A stretch of 28,508 nt of DNA from Bacteroidales bacterium (GTDB lineage Bacteria > Bacteroidota > Bacteroidia > Bacteroidales > ML635J-15), in NCBI GenBank assembly GCA_007130555.1, contig SLSH01000305.1, positions 1-28,508 of the forward strand. The letters run 5' to 3'. This document shows positions 6,626 to 15,072 of this stretch, one piece after another; position 1 is the first letter of the stretch; each line of letters starts with the position of its first letter. Under the pieces are notes generated by a model. The model did not search any database. It was not told where the DNA came from and worked only from the letters and a program-made list of their open reading frames with translations. The translations under genes were made by a program, and so were the position numbers.

Positions 6626-9600
6626 ATTAAAGTTTTTAACTCTTCCATTACCAGTTTTTTAACAGGTTCTCTTTTTTTACGGGCAGTTTCGGTAAAGAAC
6701 TTATGTTCTGTCATAAATTTATACTGAAATTTATTCCATTCTTGTATAGTATTTACTTTTCCTCTTTCGAACAGTTCCCTGAATAAGTTTTGTGAAATAG
6801 GTATAAAATCAGGTCTTCCGAGATAGTCCAGGTCGGCATCACAAATTATTTTTTCCAGTAAATCTTTAGGATTCGGAGGCATTTTTGTGGCTAAAATCAA
6901 TCTTTCAACTGTAGCTATTTGGTCCTGTGAAAATTTATATTTCCGCAATGTTTGTGTCGCCATTTTTGCTCCGATTTTTTCATTATCATCATAACTGACT
7001 AAAAAACCCGCATCATGAAAAAGTGCGGCGCATTTTAATAAGAGCATTTCTTCTTCGTTAACCTTTTCTTTTCGGGCAAAATTTTCTACTACATACAGAA
7101 CATTAAGCGTATGCTTTAAATTATGATAATAAAGATTTTTCGGAAGATTTTTTTCTAATTGTTCCAAAATTTCTTCCTGTATGTCTTTTAATTTTATATG
7201 TTGTAGTTTTATCAAAAAATCCCTGTTAGGTAATAAGGAATTATGTCCTTCGGATAATTCTGCCTTAATATTATTAACCAGATACATTTCAAGCTCACCT
7301 TTATATTTTATATTGATTTTTCCTCTGTGGGTACAATCAAAAAAGTCTTGTATATAACTGTGAGTGGATTGTGATACATTAACTTTGTTGACAAGTCCGT
7401 GCGACTCCATTCTACTGGCAATATTAACGGCATCACCCCAAATATCATACTCTAATTTATTTGAGCCAACAACACCCGATACTACAGGTCCTGTATGTAT
7501 TCCTATTCTTAATTTGATTTTTAAATCATTTTCCTGATTATATAATTTGATTTTATTTTGCATTTCCATTCCTGCCAATACAACTTCTATCGGATTTGTT
7601 TTTTCCGCAACAGGTATTCCTCCCGCACACATATATGCATCACCTATTGTTTTGATTTTCAGGATATTATATTTTATTATAATTTTATCAAAGTCAGAGA
7701 ATATATTGTTAAGGCATGTAATAAGTTTTTCGGTATTCTCTTTTTCGGCAATTTTTGTAAATCCTTGTATATCTGCAAATAATACCGACACCATTTCATA
7801 TTTTTGTGATTTGGCTTCTCCTGTTTTTTTAATTTCGTCAGCAGTATAATCGGGTAAAAGTTTTTTTACCAGTTTTTCGGTTTGTTCTTTTTGATGCGAC
7901 AGTTCATTTGTACGTTGTTCTACTAATTTTTCGAGTCTGTAATGTTCTTTGGCGTGTCTTAATTCATTTAGTTTTAAAATCAGATAAATTAAAGCTCCAA
8001 GTAATAATACATAAAATATATATGCATAAATTGTTTGATAAAAAGGAGGTATAACTTTAAAATATATTGCAGTCTCTTCGCTGATGTTTCCGTACACATC
8101 TCTTGCACGTACCATAAAAACGTATTCTTTGCCTGTCAGGGCAGTATATTCCTTGAAACATTCCTGTGTCCATTCCGACCATTCCGAATCAAATCCTTTA
8201 AGAAAAACCTGAAATTCATTACTTCCGTATGAATTATATTGTAAATAAGTAAAATCAAATCTTACGGATTTATCGGAAAACAAAATTTCAAATTTATTTT
8301 CCCGACTGCTATCAAAATCAGGAGGAATATAAATAACAGAATCGTATCCGATTGTTATTTCTCTTATAAAGCATGGAGCAGTACTTTTGTGTATATCATA
8401 AAAATTATGTTTATATTTAATTAAAGATTCTGTTGTACCAAACCATATATTATCATCTGATTCCGCATAAATTGATTCTATCGGGAATTTTCGTATTAAA
8501 GCAAATGGATTAATAGTTTTTGTATATGTATTGTCTTTTTGATTAAATAATGCGACTCCTGTTTCTTTGTAATATTTATTTGAAAAAGTACAGCTAAACC
8601 ATAGATTTTTATTTTTATCTTCAATAATAGGATATATATACATATTTTCTTGTTCAAAATCATATCCTAAAAGAGTATCATATTCAAATCTGTTAGTATT
8701 GTAATTATAATTAAAAAGACCTTTTTGAGTAGAGAACATTGTTCCGAAGCTTTGCTGATAAACATCAACCCAGTTAAATCTTTTAGGGAATGCATTCTTT
8801 TCATTAAAACTTAAAAAATCGGTATTTGTTTTATAATCTCCGTTAAAGTTTAATTTAAATAATCCGTCTGCATTTGTGCCCAACCAAACTGTTCCCGTTT
8901 TATCAATGTTTATAGTTCTTATATTATAATTTAATCCTTCTACATATCCGATAGTGTCAAAATAATTACCGGATATTTTACTTATTAATAACCCATTACT
9001 GCCACCAATCAAACATATTTTAGGATTAATTTCGGATTGAACAATTTTATTGTATTGTCCCTCAAGTGCTTTTATTGCTCTGTTGTTTTTAATAAGAAAT
9101 ACTCCTGATGAACTTGCGGCAAATAAGTTATTATTAATTTCCGACAGATGCCATGTTATATTACTAATTCCGTCGATTCTTCGAAATCTTTTTCTGTTAT
9201 TGAATTCAGATATCTCCGTTTCATAAATGTTTCCGTAAAAATATCTAAAAACTCCGGTTGTCGTTGCGACATAGAGGGAATTGTCTTTTCTCAGCACAGA
9301 TATAATTGCTCCATTAAGCCCGAAATTTACATCGAAAAAATCAAAAGGAGAAGGAGTTTCTATCAGAGCAATTCCATTATATGTAGTTACCCAAACTTTA
9401 TTATTAATATCAATATAAAGGTCGGTAATATGATTATCTCTTAATCCGTTATTTCTGTTTAAAGCAAAAATAAATTCCCCTTTATTATTTATACATACAA
9501 TTCCTCCCAACCTTGTTCCGATAATAATATTACCATTTGACAGATTCGTACTTACAGAGTATTTGTTTTGTAACATAAATAAATCTGCCTCTGTCCGAAA

Positions 9601-10293
9601 ACGATATAATCTGTTATTTTCATAAATTAAAAATCCTCTTTGATTTTCGGGTTTTATTAAAATTTGTCTGTCATTTAATTCATACATATCCAAAATATGT
9701 GTGTTTTTAAGTTTGGTAAAATTTTCGGCAGGAATAATTTTTTTGTTTTTCCACGTAAATAGTCCTTTATTTGGAACAAACACATATAGTTTGTCATGGA
9801 TTTTAAAAATATTTATACCTCTGATATTAGATAACTGAACCTCAATAGTGTCATCAATATATGATAATAGCTGATGTGAAGTTGAAAAAAACACTTCGTC
9901 TTCAAATGCAAGAATTTTATTTATTTGTCCGGGATTAATTTCTTTTTTGTAATTAAATAATTCTGTACTTAAAAGACCATTTTTATGAACTAATTTTCCA
10001 AGTTGATTGTATCCTCCGAAATAAATCTCATTTTGCGAATTAATATCCATTTCAGGACGACCTGCTACTGGTATTAATCTCCATGATGAATTATCATATT
10101 CCATTATTCCGTTTACATTACCAAAATACATTAAGTGGTTTTGGTCTTGTATTATAGAAAAATTTTGGCTTTCCTGAGCATAAGTAATTGGCGAGATGTT
10201 TTTAAAACTGGGAATACCATGCTCTTTATTCTGGGAAAGAATATTTGCTGGAATTAGCAATATAAAAAACAAATAAATAAAAATTCTTCTCAT
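6622..10293 (-). CDS. Membrane-anchored sensor: beta-propeller repeats + Y_Y_Y domain + TM + class III adenylate cyclase + C-terminal HD domain (1223 aa)
   Basis: Signal peptide; two-component-regulator propeller repeats (IDKTGTVWLGT, EDKNKNLWF); Y_Y_Y-type FQVFLKGFDSEWSEW..KEYTALTGKEYVFMVRARD; TM YAYIFYVLLLGALIYLIL; cyclase motifs VLFADIQGFT, KIKTIGDAYM, RIGIHTGPV, YDIWGDAVNIASRMES; HD motifs YHNLKHT, FHDAG, CDADLDYLG. Confidence 0.9.
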   Translation of the reverse strand: MRRIFIYLFFILLIPANILSQNKEHGIPSFKNISPITYAQESQNFSIIQDQNHLMYFGNVNGIMEYDNSSWRLIPVAGRPEMDINSQNEIYFGGYNQLGKLVHKNGLLSTELFNYKKEINPGQINKILAFEDEVFFSTSHQLLSYIDDTIEVQLSNIRGINIFKIHDKLYVFVPNKGLFTWKNKKIIPAENFTKLKNTHILDMYELNDRQILIKPENQRGFLIYENNRLYRFRTEADLFMLQNKYSVSTNLSNGNIIIGTRLGGIVCINNKGEFIFALNRNNGLRDNHITDLYIDINNKVWVTTYNGIALIETPSPFDFFDVNFGLNGAIISVLRKDNSLYVATTTGVFRYFYGNIYETEISEFNNRKRFRRIDGISNITWHLSEINNNLFAASSSGVFLIKNNRAIKALEGQYNKIVQSEINPKICLIGGSNGLLISKISGNYFDTIGYVEGLNYNIRTINIDKTGTVWLGTNADGLFKLNFNGDYKTNTDFLSFNEKNAFPKRFNWVDVYQQSFGTMFSTQKGLFNYNYNTNRFEYDTLLGYDFEQENMYIYPIIEDKNKNLWFSCTFSNKYYKETGVALFNQKDNTYTKTINPFALIRKFPIESIYAESDDNIWFGTTESLIKYKHNFYDIHKSTAPCFIREITIGYDSVIYIPPDFDSSRENKFEILFSDKSVRFDFTYLQYNSYGSNEFQVFLKGFDSEWSEWTQECFKEYTALTGKEYVFMVRARDVYGNISEETAIYFKVIPPFYQTIYAYIFYVLLLGALIYLILKLNELRHAKEHYRLEKLVEQRTNELSHQKEQTEKLVKKLLPDYTADEIKKTGEAKSQKYEMVSVLFADIQGFTKIAEKENTEKLITCLNNIFSDFDKIIIKYNILKIKTIGDAYMCAGGIPVAEKTNPIEVVLAGMEMQNKIKLYNQENDLKIKLRIGIHTGPVVSGVVGSNKLEYDIWGDAVNIASRMESHGLVNKVNVSQSTHSYIQDFFDCTHRGKINIKYKGELEMYLVNNIKAELSEGHNSLLPNRDFLIKLQHIKLKDIQEEILEQLEKNLPKNLYYHNLKHTLNVLYVVENFARKEKVNEEEMLLLKCAALFHDAGFLVSYDDNEKIGAKMATQTLRKYKFSQDQIATVERLILATKMPPNPKDLLEKIICDADLDYLGRPDFIPISQNLFRELFERGKVNTIQEWNKFQYKFMTEHKFFTETARKKREPVKKLVMEELKTLI

Positions 10294-10500
10294 TTAAAAT
10301 ACAGAATATATAGTGGTTTATTCAACTTTATATTTATGCAAATATTATAAAAAATATTCATTTTAACAAAATTTTTTAGCACATGACAAAAATAATTCTA
10401 TTTTTTAAAATATAATTTTGTCCTTATATTTAGGGGGCTAAAACATTAACCGAAAAATATCTCGCTAAGTCCAATAAAAAAAACTAATAATTTTAGAATA

Positions 10501-10569
10501 CTTTGTGATCTTTGTGCCTTAGTGGGGAAAAAATCAAAAAACTCCCACAAAGACACTAAGAACACAAAG
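10501..10569. repeat. Inverted repeat built from three 8-9-bp tandem units per arm (CTTWGTG core)
   Basis: Left arm CTTTGTGAT CTTTGTGC CTTAGTGGGG (10501-10527). Right arm CTCCCACAAAG ACACTAAG AACACAAAG (10542-10569), whose reverse complement is CTTTGTGTT CTTAGTGT CTTTGTGGGAG. The spacer is 14 nt and A-rich. Confidence 0.85.
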
Positions 10570-10778
10570 ATAAATACAATAAAATTAATCTGAATAAAAA
10601 AAATCATTTAGCATATATTACTGATTGTATGCAATTTGATAAGATATAAAGAACTTTTGTCATGTACTAAAACAAAATTTAATAATATCAAATTCAAAAA
10701 TAATATCAGCTTTGTTTTATTATTAGATAAATTTTTATAAAATTGTAGTCGGTAATATTTTATTTTTTTATCATTATA

Positions 10779-11708
10779 ATGCTTAGAGGACAAGTAATAC
10801 AAACAACAGGCAATAAATGTATTGTAAAGAATGAAGATGAAAAATACGATTGTACTTTAAAAGGGAGATTTCGTTTAAAAGGAATAAGAAGTACAAATCC
10901 TGTTTCTGTCGGAGATTTTGTTGAATTTGAATTAATTAAAGATAATAAAGGAGTAATTAATAATATTTTGCCGAGAAAAAACTGTATTTTAAGAAAATCA
11001 TCAAATTTATCAAAAGAAACTCATGTAATTGCATCCAATATTGATCAGGCTGTAGTAATATTTACATTATGCAATCCCGAAACAACAACGGTTTTTCTTG
11101 ATAGAGTGTTGGTATCTTTAGAGTCATACAGTATTTCAGCTGTTATTCTTTTTAATAAGATTGATATTTATAATAAATCTCAAAAACAAGAATTGACAGA
11201 AATAAATAATATTTATAAAAAAATTGCTTATAAAACACTTGAGATTTCGGTTACAGAAAAGATTAATTTAGATAAAGTAAAAGCGATATTAAAGAATAAG
11301 GTAAGCGTAATTGTCGGACATAGCGGAGTGGGAAAATCTTCATTAATAAATGTGATTGAGCCGGGAATAAATTTAAAAACAGGAAAAATCTCGGATTATC
11401 ATAAATCAGGACAACACACAACCCCTTATGCGAAAATGCTGGAGCTTTCCTTCGGAGGCTATATTACAGACACACCGGGAATAAAAGGCTTTGGATTAGT
11501 TGATATAAAAAAAGAAGAAGTGTCTCATTTTTTTCCGGAATTTTTTAAAATGTCGAAAAATTGCCGCTATTATAACTGTACGCACTTACACGAACCGGAT
11601 TGTGCTGTAATAGATTCTGTCCGAAACGGAGATATTTCAATATCAAGATACAAATCTTATCTGAATATAGTGCTGGACGAAAATGATAAACACAGGCAAA
11701 AGTTTTAG
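10779..11708 (+). CDS. rsgA: Ribosome small subunit-dependent GTPase A
   Basis: OB-fold start (VSVGDFVEF), circularly permuted GTPase order NKID (G4), GHSGVGKSS (G1), GQHTT (G2), DTPG (G3), and Zn finger CRYYNCTHLHEPDC. Confidence 0.96.
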   Translation: MLRGQVIQTTGNKCIVKNEDEKYDCTLKGRFRLKGIRSTNPVSVGDFVEFELIKDNKGVINNILPRKNCILRKSSNLSKETHVIASNIDQAVVIFTLCNPETTTVFLDRVLVSLESYSISAVILFNKIDIYNKSQKQELTEINNIYKKIAYKTLEISVTEKINLDKVKAILKNKVSVIVGHSGVGKSSLINVIEPGINLKTGKISDYHKSGQHTTPYAKMLELSFGGYITDTPGIKGFGLVDIKKEEVSHFFPEFFKMSKNCRYYNCTHLHEPDCAVIDSVRNGDISISRYKSYLNIVLDENDKHRQKF

Positions 11709-11770
11709 AAAGTCAGGAGCTTTGAATAACGAATAAAGAACAAGATTTTTGATTTAGGAAGTATTTGGGA

Positions 11771-11860
11771 CGGTGGCTTCGGCTCCGCTCAGCCACCTAC
11801 GGGTACGCAAGGTGGTTGAGTCTCTCATCGAGCGGAGTAGAGATGAAGTTGAAACCACCG
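11771..11860. repeat. REP-like inverted doublet with a nested third unit
   Basis: Left unit CGGTGG-CTTCGGCTCCGCTCAG-CCACC (11771-11797). Inverted right unit GGTGGTTGAG[...]AAGTTGAAACCACCG (11811-11860), interrupted at 11821-11845 by TCTCTCATCGAGCGGAGTAGAGATG, which has the same GAGCGGAG core. GC-rich segment between the convergent rsgA and glsA. Confidence 0.8.
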
Positions 11861-11930
11861 CATTTAAAAAAAACCGCTCCCGCAAGTTTTTATCTTTGCA
11901 TTATATTTTTTTGTGGTATGAAAATGAAGC

Positions 11931-12842
11931 TTAAAATATCGAAGAAGTTTTTGTTGTAAATAATTCCAGAAATTTCATCCCTCTGTATGAGTTTCCTTTA
12001 CTGTTTAATTTCGGGCTCCATACAACAATTGTGTGTTTATTCGGATGGATTGCCAAAATTCCTCCGCCAATACCGCTTTTGCCAGGCAAACCTACTTTAA
12101 AGGTAAATTCTCCCGATTCATCATAAAGTCCGCAAGTTTGCATTATTGCATTTATTCTTTTTGTTCTGCTTTTATTTATTATCTGCTTATTGTCTGAAAC
12201 TTTACGACCTTGATTTGCAAGAAACAAAAAACAGTTTGAAATTTCCCTGCAACTCATTTCTATTGAGCACAGATTAAAATAAAAATCAAGAACTTCTTCG
12301 CTGTCGTTTTTTATATTACCAAATGATTTAATAAAATTACACAATGCGATATTCCTGAATCCTGTTGACTTTTCGGACTTTGCTATTTTCGGCGAAAATT
12401 TTATTGAGGGATTATCTGAAATATATCTCATAAAAGACAGAAAATCCTGTTGCGGATTATCTAACTGACTTATAAGAATATCGCACACAACGATTGCTCC
12501 TGCATTAATAAAAGGATTTCTAGGAATCCCTTTGTCAGCTTCTAACTGGACAAGCGAATTAAAAGCCGTTCCTGACGGCTCTACACCTATTCTCTTCCAC
12601 ATTCTTTTGCCTAATATTTTATATGCTAAACTTAGAGAAGCAACCTTAGCAATACTTTGAATCGAAAATTTATCGTTAAAACTTCCGAAACCAAATTCAT
12701 CATTATTTACCGTTTTAAAAAAAACTCCGAAATGTTCAGGATTAACACCCGATAACTCAGGTATAAAAGAGGTAACCTGTCCTTTGTTCTCTTCATTTTT
12801 TATAGTTTCGTAAATATCTGTTAAAATTTCCCGGTAATTCAT
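11931..12842 (-). CDS. glsA: Glutaminase (serine beta-lactamase-like fold)
   Basis: FSIQSIAK (catalytic SxxK), GVEPSGTAFNS, PRNPFINAGAI, YFNLCSIEM, MQTCGLYDESGEF..VGLPGKSGIGGGI, WSPKLNSKGNS. Confidence 0.95.
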   Translation of the reverse strand: MNYREILTDIYETIKNEENKGQVTSFIPELSGVNPEHFGVFFKTVNNDEFGFGSFNDKFSIQSIAKVASLSLAYKILGKRMWKRIGVEPSGTAFNSLVQLEADKGIPRNPFINAGAIVVCDILISQLDNPQQDFLSFMRYISDNPSIKFSPKIAKSEKSTGFRNIALCNFIKSFGNIKNDSEEVLDFYFNLCSIEMSCREISNCFLFLANQGRKVSDNKQIINKSRTKRINAIMQTCGLYDESGEFTFKVGLPGKSGIGGGILAIHPNKHTIVVWSPKLNSKGNSYRGMKFLELFTTKTSSIF

Positions 12843-12863
12843 TTTATTGTTTTATTAAAGTTA

Positions 12864-12871
12864 CAAAAGTA
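12864..12871 (-). promoter_or_regulatory. -7 promoter element (TACTTTTG) upstream of glsA
   Basis: caaaagta reads TACTTTTG on the - strand, 21 nt upstream of the ATG. Confidence 0.45.
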
Positions 12872-13032
12872 TTAAATAACTTATTTATGTTTTCAGGTTA
12901 TTTTACCCACTGACAATTATACAATAAATTTCAGTTATTTTCAAAAAATAATTTAATTTTTAACACTTGTAGTTTTATAAGGATAAATGACGTTTTAGGT
13001 ATAAGGGGGGGCACATAAGTTAAAACTTTTAT

Positions 13033-13069
13033 TAAATTTGTGGTAGTACCATTTTATTTTATATTTTTG
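13033..13069 (+). promoter_or_regulatory. Two candidate -7 elements (TAAATTTG 13033-13040; TATTTTTG 13062-13069) upstream of the lipoprotein gene
   Basis: Both match TAnnTTTG. The sequence cannot show which is used. Confidence 0.35.
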
Positions 13070-13097
13070 CATTATTGTTAAACTAAAATCTAAAAAA

Positions 13098-13598
13098 ATG
13101 AGAGCATTATTATTATTTTCGGTTTGTTTTATTTGTTTTTATTCTTGTAAAAGTGTAATTGAAGAAACAATCAGTGCACAGGAGTACAATGATAAAATGA
13201 TTGCTATTCAGAAAGATGTGGACGATGCCCTTGTAAAATTAATTGTTGCTATTGAATCCTTTGACAAAGAAGCCATGCCTATTCAGTTGGATAATGCTTT
13301 GACAATAACCGAAGAGGCAATTGAAACTTTATCGGAACAAGAAGAATCTGCACAATTTGAAAACTACGAAAAAGAGATTAAAAACTTATTAAAAGTTTAC
13401 AAATCAATTATAAGTGTAGAATTAAATGAAATTGTAGAGATTTTTTTAATGCCTGACGAGGATTATACCGAAGAACACGAGCAACGGGTTTATGAACTTT
13501 TTGATGAGGCATTAACACGGTATTCAATAGCACTTGCCAATTTTTCCGACTTTCAGGTAAAATTTGCCGATGCAAATGAATTGGAATTAAGGGAATAA
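13098..13598 (+). CDS. Acidic all-helical lipoprotein, function unknown (resembles LIC11966/ErpY-like surface proteins)
   Basis: Lipobox-like FYSC after a hydrophobic signal. The mature part is very Glu/Asp-rich and helical, with EYNDKMI..Q near the N-terminus and FQVKFA near the C-terminus. The family resemblance is from memory. Confidence 0.7.
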   Translation: MRALLLFSVCFICFYSCKSVIEETISAQEYNDKMIAIQKDVDDALVKLIVAIESFDKEAMPIQLDNALTITEEAIETLSEQEESAQFENYEKEIKNLLKVYKSIISVELNEIVEIFLMPDEDYTEEHEQRVYELFDEALTRYSIALANFSDFQVKFADANELELRE

Positions 13599-13616
13599 AT
13601 TTGTCAGAAATTACTT

Positions 13617-14900
13617 TTATTTTTCTTCTATCCATATTTTCAGAATATCATCAAATCTCAGGATATAATTATCAGGGAGTTTATTCCATGCAAAAATATT
13701 ATTTATTGTAACATTATATCTTATTGCAATTTGGTGTAAAGTCTCTCCTCTTATAACTTTATGATAATAGATTCCCCTTCCTAATGTATCTCCTGCTTTT
13801 TCTTTCAGGTCAAAATAATTATCAATATGAGGTTTGTAAAAATATATTTTGTTTTGATTTATTAAAAATTTCAACATATAATCTCTTGGTAAAACAAGTG
13901 TGTATATTTTATTATTATCAGGGATTTTATTTTTGATAAATACGGGATTCATAAGCCTTATGCTGTCAGCCGAAAGACCTGTAACATATTCGATTTGTTT
14001 AAAATCAAGGGGTCCTGTAATATGTAAAGTATCATAGGCATAAAAATCAATATAGTTTTCATTCGGAAAAATATTATGTTCTGCATGATAATTCATAAGA
14101 TATGTCATTGCAATAAATGCCGAGACATAATTTTGCATCTGGTCTGTCATATAAGGTCTGAGTTCCCAGTAATCTGTTTTTCCGCCACTACGTGCAATTG
14201 CTTTAACAACCATGCCGGGACCTCCGTTATATGCGGCAAGAGCAAGCTGCCAGTCGTTAAATGTGCGGTACAGATACTCCAGATAAGCACAAGCTGCATC
14301 AGTTGATTTATATACATCGCGTCTTTCGTCTATATATGAGCTTACTTCTATTCCGAAAATATCGGATGTATGTTTCATAAATTGCCATAATCCTACTGCT
14401 CCCGAAACAGAAATGGCATTGGGATCAAGAGCGGATTCTACTGCAGCAAGATATTTTAATTCTATCGGCAAATTATATTTGGCAAGATATTCCTCAAAAA
14501 TCGGAAAATAATATGAGGATACAGCCATTATGTTTTCTAACTTTTCTTTGTTCAATACTCCGTATGCCTCGATATAATTAAATACAAATTCATTATATTC
14601 CAGTTTTATCGGCGTTTTTCTGTCTAATTTTTTTATCCTTTTTTTAAAGATAATATCGTTATTTTCCGAAATTTCTGTAAAACCGGAATTGTCGGATACT
14701 GAGATTGTGTCGCGCCACCAAATACTTTTATTTTGATACAGGTTAGAAATATCAAAATTGATTTTTTCCAAAGCAGTAACAAAATTTTTGTTATTATCGG
14801 TTTTTGTTAATGATAATAAAAAGTCTTCCTGTTCTTTTTCTATAAAACTTATTGATAATAATCCTATAAATATGCCGAATATTAATACTTGTATTTTCAT
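13617..14900 (-). CDS. MltD-like lytic transglycosylase with C-terminal LysM
   Basis: SLT motifs AAVESALDP (catalytic Glu), GAVGLWQFM, DERRD, LAAYNGGPG; LysM HKVIRGETLHQIAIRYNVTINNIFAWN; N-terminal signal/anchor. Confidence 0.9.
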   Translation of the reverse strand: MKIQVLIFGIFIGLLSISFIEKEQEDFLLSLTKTDNNKNFVTALEKINFDISNLYQNKSIWWRDTISVSDNSGFTEISENNDIIFKKRIKKLDRKTPIKLEYNEFVFNYIEAYGVLNKEKLENIMAVSSYYFPIFEEYLAKYNLPIELKYLAAVESALDPNAISVSGAVGLWQFMKHTSDIFGIEVSSYIDERRDVYKSTDAACAYLEYLYRTFNDWQLALAAYNGGPGMVVKAIARSGGKTDYWELRPYMTDQMQNYVSAFIAMTYLMNYHAEHNIFPNENYIDFYAYDTLHITGPLDFKQIEYVTGLSADSIRLMNPVFIKNKIPDNNKIYTLVLPRDYMLKFLINQNKIYFYKPHIDNYFDLKEKAGDTLGRGIYYHKVIRGETLHQIAIRYNVTINNIFAWNKLPDNYILRFDDILKIWIEEK

Positions 14901-15046
14901 AATAAATCTGAAATTAATGGATTATTAGTTTTTTACAAATATTATATTTTTTTTTATTCTGCTGAGGTTTTTAAAATCATTTTTTTAACTTTTTATTGTT
15001 AATTTTTTATTCCTTTAATTTCTTAGTCTGAATTAAATAATATTAT

Positions 15047-15054
15047 TAAATTTG
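15047..15054 (+). promoter_or_regulatory. -7 promoter element (TAAATTTG) heading the long + strand run
   Basis: TAAATTTGCA 18 nt before the ATG at 15073. Confidence 0.5.
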
Positions 15055-15072
15055 CAATTTTAAAACACCTAT

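Noticed and set aside
6622-10293. Pycsar/CBASS-type anti-phage cyclase
   Set aside because: Specificity residues are the canonical ATP-type K/D, the protein has a large periplasmic sensor, and no effector gene is adjacent.
10385-10422. GACAAAA...TTTTGTC inverted repeat in the divergent region
   Set aside because: Only 7 bp in very AT-rich DNA; expected by chance.
11412-11429. RsgA switch-I reads GQHTTP instead of the usual G(R/K/Q)HTTT
   Set aside because: The first two Thr residues and all other G motifs and the Zn finger are intact. A single substitution is not evidence of altered function and could be a sequencing variant.
11765-11959. 64-aa + strand ORF across the REP-like element
   Set aside because: The open frame arises from the GC-rich repeat and has no coding signature.
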